Below, piece by piece: positions 63,794 to 64,000 of a stretch of DNA of 64,000 nt. Where the stretch lies: assembly GCF_000002075.1 (NCBI RefSeq), contig NW_004797513.1, positions 80,539-144,538 on the forward strand. The letters run 5' to 3'. The notes below the pieces were generated by a model. The model was not told where the DNA came from. It searched no databases and saw only the letters and a list, made by a program, of their open reading frames with translations. The DNA is from Aplysia californica (taxonomy: Eukaryota). A program made the position numbers and the translations under genes. How positions within the stretch are numbered: the stretch's first letter is position 1; every line of letters begins with the position of its first letter.

Positions 63794-64000
63794 CGTACTT
63801 TCTGCCAGTTCCGTACTTGTTCCTCTATCATTATCAACTCTCCATAAAAAAACTGCGACCGCGTAGGACTGTCGACATTCCGTAGCAAAAGATCCGTCTT
63901 CGCCTTCGTATCGTCTTGTATAAGTTAGGGATATTTACAGTAATTCTCTCGGCAACAAGTTAATGTTATATAAACCTTCCAGATTGCGGATTTCCTGCAA

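Overview
Eukaryotic (invertebrate, most likely molluscan/gastropod; taxon is inferred) draft-assembly DNA with many N gaps, microsatellites and transposons. It holds three spliced protein-coding genes, which I reconstructed by hand from GT-AG sites and intron phases. (1) A 5'-incomplete + strand single-pass surface protein (about 3.0-23.7 kb): Sushi/CCP, a galactose-binding-like (F-type lectin/discoidin-like) domain, two kringles, a mucin stalk with a 27-bp VNTR, CPCPC, a juxtamembrane motif and a TM helix. One apparent exon of this gene lies out of order at 22036-22152. (2) A complete 12-exon PLEKHA8/FAPP2 (PH + GLTP, 579 aa) on the - strand (50622->34851). (3) The first coding exon of dUTPase (DUT, + strand, 60435-60700) with two in-frame starts (mitochondrial-type leader and short form). 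Introns and intergenic DNA carry L2 and RTE relics, at least three tRNA-derived SINE families, and Tc1, mariner, hAT, Kolobok-, Merlin-, piggyBac- and Academ-like non-autonomous elements. The strongest candidates for something new are a 1.9-kb TIR element with an atypical 13-bp target duplication that carries a 96-bp-arm palindrome around telomeric repeats; a short bipartite RTE-derived element whose 5' end carries a conserved hairpin motif (possible processing RNA or ribozyme); (TAGATC)n arrays just downstream of the first coding exons of both housekeeping genes; and the modular kringle/lectin receptor. No CRISPR, rRNA or genuine tRNA genes were seen. All family assignments come from motif recognition, not database searches.
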